A DNA stretch of 64,000 nucleotides from an uncultured Anaerotruncus sp. (GTDB taxonomy: Bacteria; Bacillota; Clostridia; Oscillospirales; CAG-272), in NCBI GenBank assembly GCA_905210995.1, contig CAJLZE010000001.1:1910-65909 (forward strand), written 5' to 3'. The notes beneath the pieces were generated by a model. It saw only the letters and a program-made list of their open reading frames with translations. It ran no database searches and had not been told where the DNA came from. The position numbers were made by a program, and so were the translations under genes. Position 1 is the first letter of the stretch, and each line of letters starts with the position of its first letter. Shown here piece by piece: positions 61,358 through 64,000 of the stretch.

Positions 61358-63244
61358 TCAGCCTCTGTTGTGATGGAAGGTGGGGATCAGCTCGCAAAGC
61401 TTTTCCTCAAGCATTTCCGCGATCTTTTCGGGGGCGGTGTCGTTGTCGCAGGCGATGGCATGAAGCTCGTCGAGCTTCGGCATGAGCGTGTCAAGGCTTG
61501 CCTTGGCGGGTCTGCCGATATGGATCTTGCCGTTTTCGGTCGCCGCAAGACCGTCCTCCTTCATGAGAAGCTCTTCATAGAGCTTTTCGCCGGGGCGCAG
61601 CCCCGTGATCTTTATTTCGATGTCCTTGCCGACCTCAAAGCCCGAAAGACTTATCATCTTGCGCGCAAGGTCGATTATCTTGACCGGCTCGCCCATGTCG
61701 AGCACGAATATCTCGCCGCCGTGCGCCATTGACGCCGCGGCAAGCACGAGCGCGACCGCCTCGGGGATGGTCATGAAATAGCGGATGATATCCTCATGTG
61801 TGACAGTGACCGGGCCGCCCTCTTCGATCTGCTTTTTGAAGAGCGGAATGACGGAGCCGTTTGAGCCGAGCACGTTGCCGAAGCGGACGGCGGAGAAGAG
61901 AGTTCCCCTGCCGTTCATGGCTTCGATGATAAGCTCGCACACGCGTTTTGTCGCGCCCATGAAGTTTGTGGGGTTGACCGCCTTGTCGGTCGATATCATG
62001 ACAAAGCGCGAAACGCCTGCCTTGACCGCGGCGCGCGCGGTGTTTAGCGTGCCGAAGATGTTGTTTTTGACCGCCTCGGCGGGTGAGACCTCCATCAGCG
62101 GCACATGCTTGTGAGCGGCGGCGTGCACGACGAGGAAGGGCTTTGTGCGCTTCATCAGCGCAAGCATACGGTCATAATCGCGCACCGAGCCGATATAGAC
62201 CTCAAGGTCAAGGTCCTTGCCGTACTTTCTTACGAGCTCCTGCTGTACCTCATAGGCGTTGTTTTCGTAAATATCGACGATAACGAGCTTTGAGGGAGCG
62301 TATGCAGCTATCTGCCGGCAAAGCTCCGAGCCTATCGAGCCGCCGCCGCCCGTTACCATAACGCATCTGCCCTTGATGAATGCCGAAAGGCGGCAGTTGT
62401 CTATCGTGACGGGCTCTCTGCCGAGCAGCTCCTCAGGTGTTATGTCGCGCAGCTTTTGTATGCAGGTCGAGTTGTCGCTGTAAAAATCGGTGAGACGCGG
62501 CAAAAGCTTGACGGCGCAGCCGGTAGCGGCGCATTTGTCAAGTATATTGGCGCGCTGCTTGTTGTTTGCGGAGGGGATAGCCACTATGATGAGATCGACC
62601 CTGTGCTTGCGGCAAAGGCGTTCGATGTCAGCATCGGTGCCTTCGATGTTGACGCCGCCGATCGACTTTCCGACCTTTCCGGCGTCGTTGTCAACGGCAC
62701 ATACGGGGATCATTCCGCTCTCGGGGTGGCTTTTTATCTCGTTAAGGAGAAGCTGACAGGCGTCTCCGCATCCGACTATGAGCACGCGGCGGGTGTTTTT
62801 GCCGCCGTGACCGTGGCATTTGCGCGATATCGAGTAATCGCGCAGCAGACGGTAGACGAGACGCTCGGATACGAGCGCTATCGCGATGGTGCACATCGTG
62901 AGCAGATAAAAATACAGCGGGAGAGGGTAGTTGTGGTATATGATGCGCGTTATCAGAAAAAATACCGCGCCCGCGATCATGGATGCGATCGTGCAGATGA
63001 AATATTCGCGCGACTGAGCGAAGCTCCAGAGGCTGCGGTACACTCCCATTGCAAGCAGCACGACGAGGTATACCGGCAGAATGACCGCAAGGTGAAGAAG
63101 GTATGCGTGGATGGGCGAATCGAACACAGTGTACGCGCGGCTGATATAATAACAGAAGGAGTAGAGCACCGTGACAATTACGGCATCTATCAGCACGAGA
63201 AGCGTCTCACGCAGGTGTGCCTTTATGAACTTCGGTGTTTTCAT
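61358..63244 (-). CDS. polysaccharide biosynthesis protein, CapD/PglF-like NDP-sugar 4,6-dehydratase
   Basis: Four N-terminal TM helices, two Rossmann regions (VLIVGCGDA and VMVTGGGGSIGSEL), and AAHKHVP. Confidence 0.9.
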   Translation of the reverse strand: MKTPKFIKAHLRETLLVLIDAVIVTVLYSFCYYISRAYTVFDSPIHAYLLHLAVILPVYLVVLLAMGVYRSLWSFAQSREYFICTIASMIAGAVFFLITRIIYHNYPLPLYFYLLTMCTIAIALVSERLVYRLLRDYSISRKCHGHGGKNTRRVLIVGCGDACQLLLNEIKSHPESGMIPVCAVDNDAGKVGKSIGGVNIEGTDADIERLCRKHRVDLIIVAIPSANNKQRANILDKCAATGCAVKLLPRLTDFYSDNSTCIQKLRDITPEELLGREPVTIDNCRLSAFIKGRCVMVTGGGGSIGSELCRQIAAYAPSKLVIVDIYENNAYEVQQELVRKYGKDLDLEVYIGSVRDYDRMLALMKRTKPFLVVHAAAHKHVPLMEVSPAEAVKNNIFGTLNTARAAVKAGVSRFVMISTDKAVNPTNFMGATKRVCELIIEAMNGRGTLFSAVRFGNVLGSNGSVIPLFKKQIEEGGPVTVTHEDIIRYFMTIPEAVALVLAAASMAHGGEIFVLDMGEPVKIIDLARKMISLSGFEVGKDIEIKITGLRPGEKLYEELLMKEDGLAATENGKIHIGRPAKASLDTLMPKLDELHAIACDNDTAPEKIAEMLEEKLCELIPTFHHNRG

Positions 63245-63265
63245 GCCATATCTCCAGACAGAATT

Positions 63266-64000
63266 TTAAGGATTTGTTTTTTTCGCGGTGCGGTGAAGTG
63301 AATATATGCCCTCGCAGCGCGGGATGGATGCGGGATCCCTGCCGTTGAGAAGATCGGGGAACGCAACGGGCGCTCCGCCCTTCGATACCGAAAGCGCCGA
63401 GAGCGGCGAGACCGCCATGAGCACCGCGGCGTCGTAAATATCTATCGGCATAGGGAGATCTTCCTTCACCGAAGTGATGAATGCGTCAAGAACAAGGAAG
63501 TCCATTCCGCCGTGACCCTTCTTTATGCCTGCGGCGGTATAGTCGCGCCAGAGCTTGGGCTGATATTTTTCGATCCAGCCGTCAAAATTGCCCCAGAAAT
63601 TGCGCCAGCGGAAGTGATCCGCCTCGCTGTTGGTGTCGTCTGTGTAGACGGAAAGGTTGTCCTCGCAGAAGAACCCGCGCGTGCCGTGGACGGTCAGCCC
63701 GCGGCTGTACGGACGCGCAAGGGTCGTGTCGAGCGTTATTTTTACCGTCTGTCCCTTTGCGGTCGTGATGATCGTCGTCACAACGTCGCCCTGCGCAAAA
63801 TGAGCATCGGCAAGAGCGGGATCTATGCCGGGCGTTCTCGCGGCGTAGTCGTTGAGACCGCGCGCTGCGGTCGAGAAGGACGAGAGGGTGAGAAAACGGT
63901 TGTCCTCATTTATGCCGAGAAGACGGCATATGGGGCCGAGCTCGTGTGTGGGATAGTTCTCGCAGTTGCGGGAGAGATAGTTGCGCAGGCGGTAGTGACG
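63266..64000 (-). CDS. Gfo/Idh/MocA-family oxidoreductase (GH109-like), C-terminal part; the gene continues past the window end
   Basis: The reading frame stays open upstream of the track ORF to 64000 (...NYPTHELGPICRLLGINEDNRFLTLSSFST...HGTRGF...KGHGGMDFL). Confidence 0.6.
   Translation of the reverse strand, partial: RHYRLRNYLSRNCENYPTHELGPICRLLGINEDNRFLTLSSFSTAARGLNDYAARTPGIDPALADAHFAQGDVVTTIITTAKGQTVKITLDTTLARPYSRGLTVHGTRGFFCEDNLSVYTDDTNSEADHFRWRNFWGNFDGWIEKYQPKLWRDYTAAGIKKGHGGMDFLVLDAFITSVKEDLPMPIDIYDAAVLMAVSPLSALSVSKGGAPVAFPDLLNGRDPASIPRCEGIYSLHRTAKKTNP

Noticed and set aside
1-64000. Prophage, IS element, integron or genomic island boundaries; tRNA or rRNA genes
   Set aside because: I recognised no integrase, transposase, recombinase or phage structural genes and no tRNA- or rRNA-like sequence. 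The lower-GC patches are single surface-protein genes, not multi-gene islands.

Overview
A roughly 60% GC chromosomal segment that looks like a spore-forming Clostridia genome (Oscillospiraceae/Ruminococcaceae-like; spoIIR, spoIVB, SCIFF and a PASTA kinase are present). I recognised no rRNA, tRNA, CRISPR array, transposase or integrase. Most genes are on the minus strand. The core is a conserved housekeeping block: yicC-remA-rpoZ-priA-def-fmt-(Zn peptidase)-rsmB-(DUF559)-rlmN-prpC-prkC-(501-aa extra gene)-rsgA-thiN-(ECF S component)-ymdB-(CvpA-like), followed by the SCIFF peptide and its ScfB radical-SAM maturase. Other content: a GH78-like glycosidase, a DUF1538 plus tandem P-II pair, a MarR plus two ABC exporter operon, rpsO-pnp, tmk, argG-argH, a DacB-like carboxypeptidase, a VanY-like peptidase, LCP/CapD envelope genes, and several lower-GC surface proteins (GLUG-like, LamG with ETKAP repeats, and a 1088-aa vWA protein). 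Three things deserve a second look. (1) A compact module (54.3-55.5 kb) of a 64-aa acidic Gly-rich peptide, an HPr-kinase-like P-loop protein and a PqqD/RRE-like protein is co-oriented directly behind the vWA gene and has no cyclase, protease, radical SAM enzyme or exporter nearby. (2) A modular family of hairpin-forming intergenic repeats fills at least six spacers inside otherwise tight operons (rpsO-pnp 716 bp, argG-argH 487 bp, priA-def 277 bp, a 0.9-kb array at 59.2-60.1 kb, and others). (3) A DUF559 endonuclease cassette carrying copies of those repeats sits between rsmB and rlmN. Many long ORFs in the supplied track are antisense artefacts of high GC and were rejected. All calls come from reading the sequence and from remembered family motifs; no searches were run.
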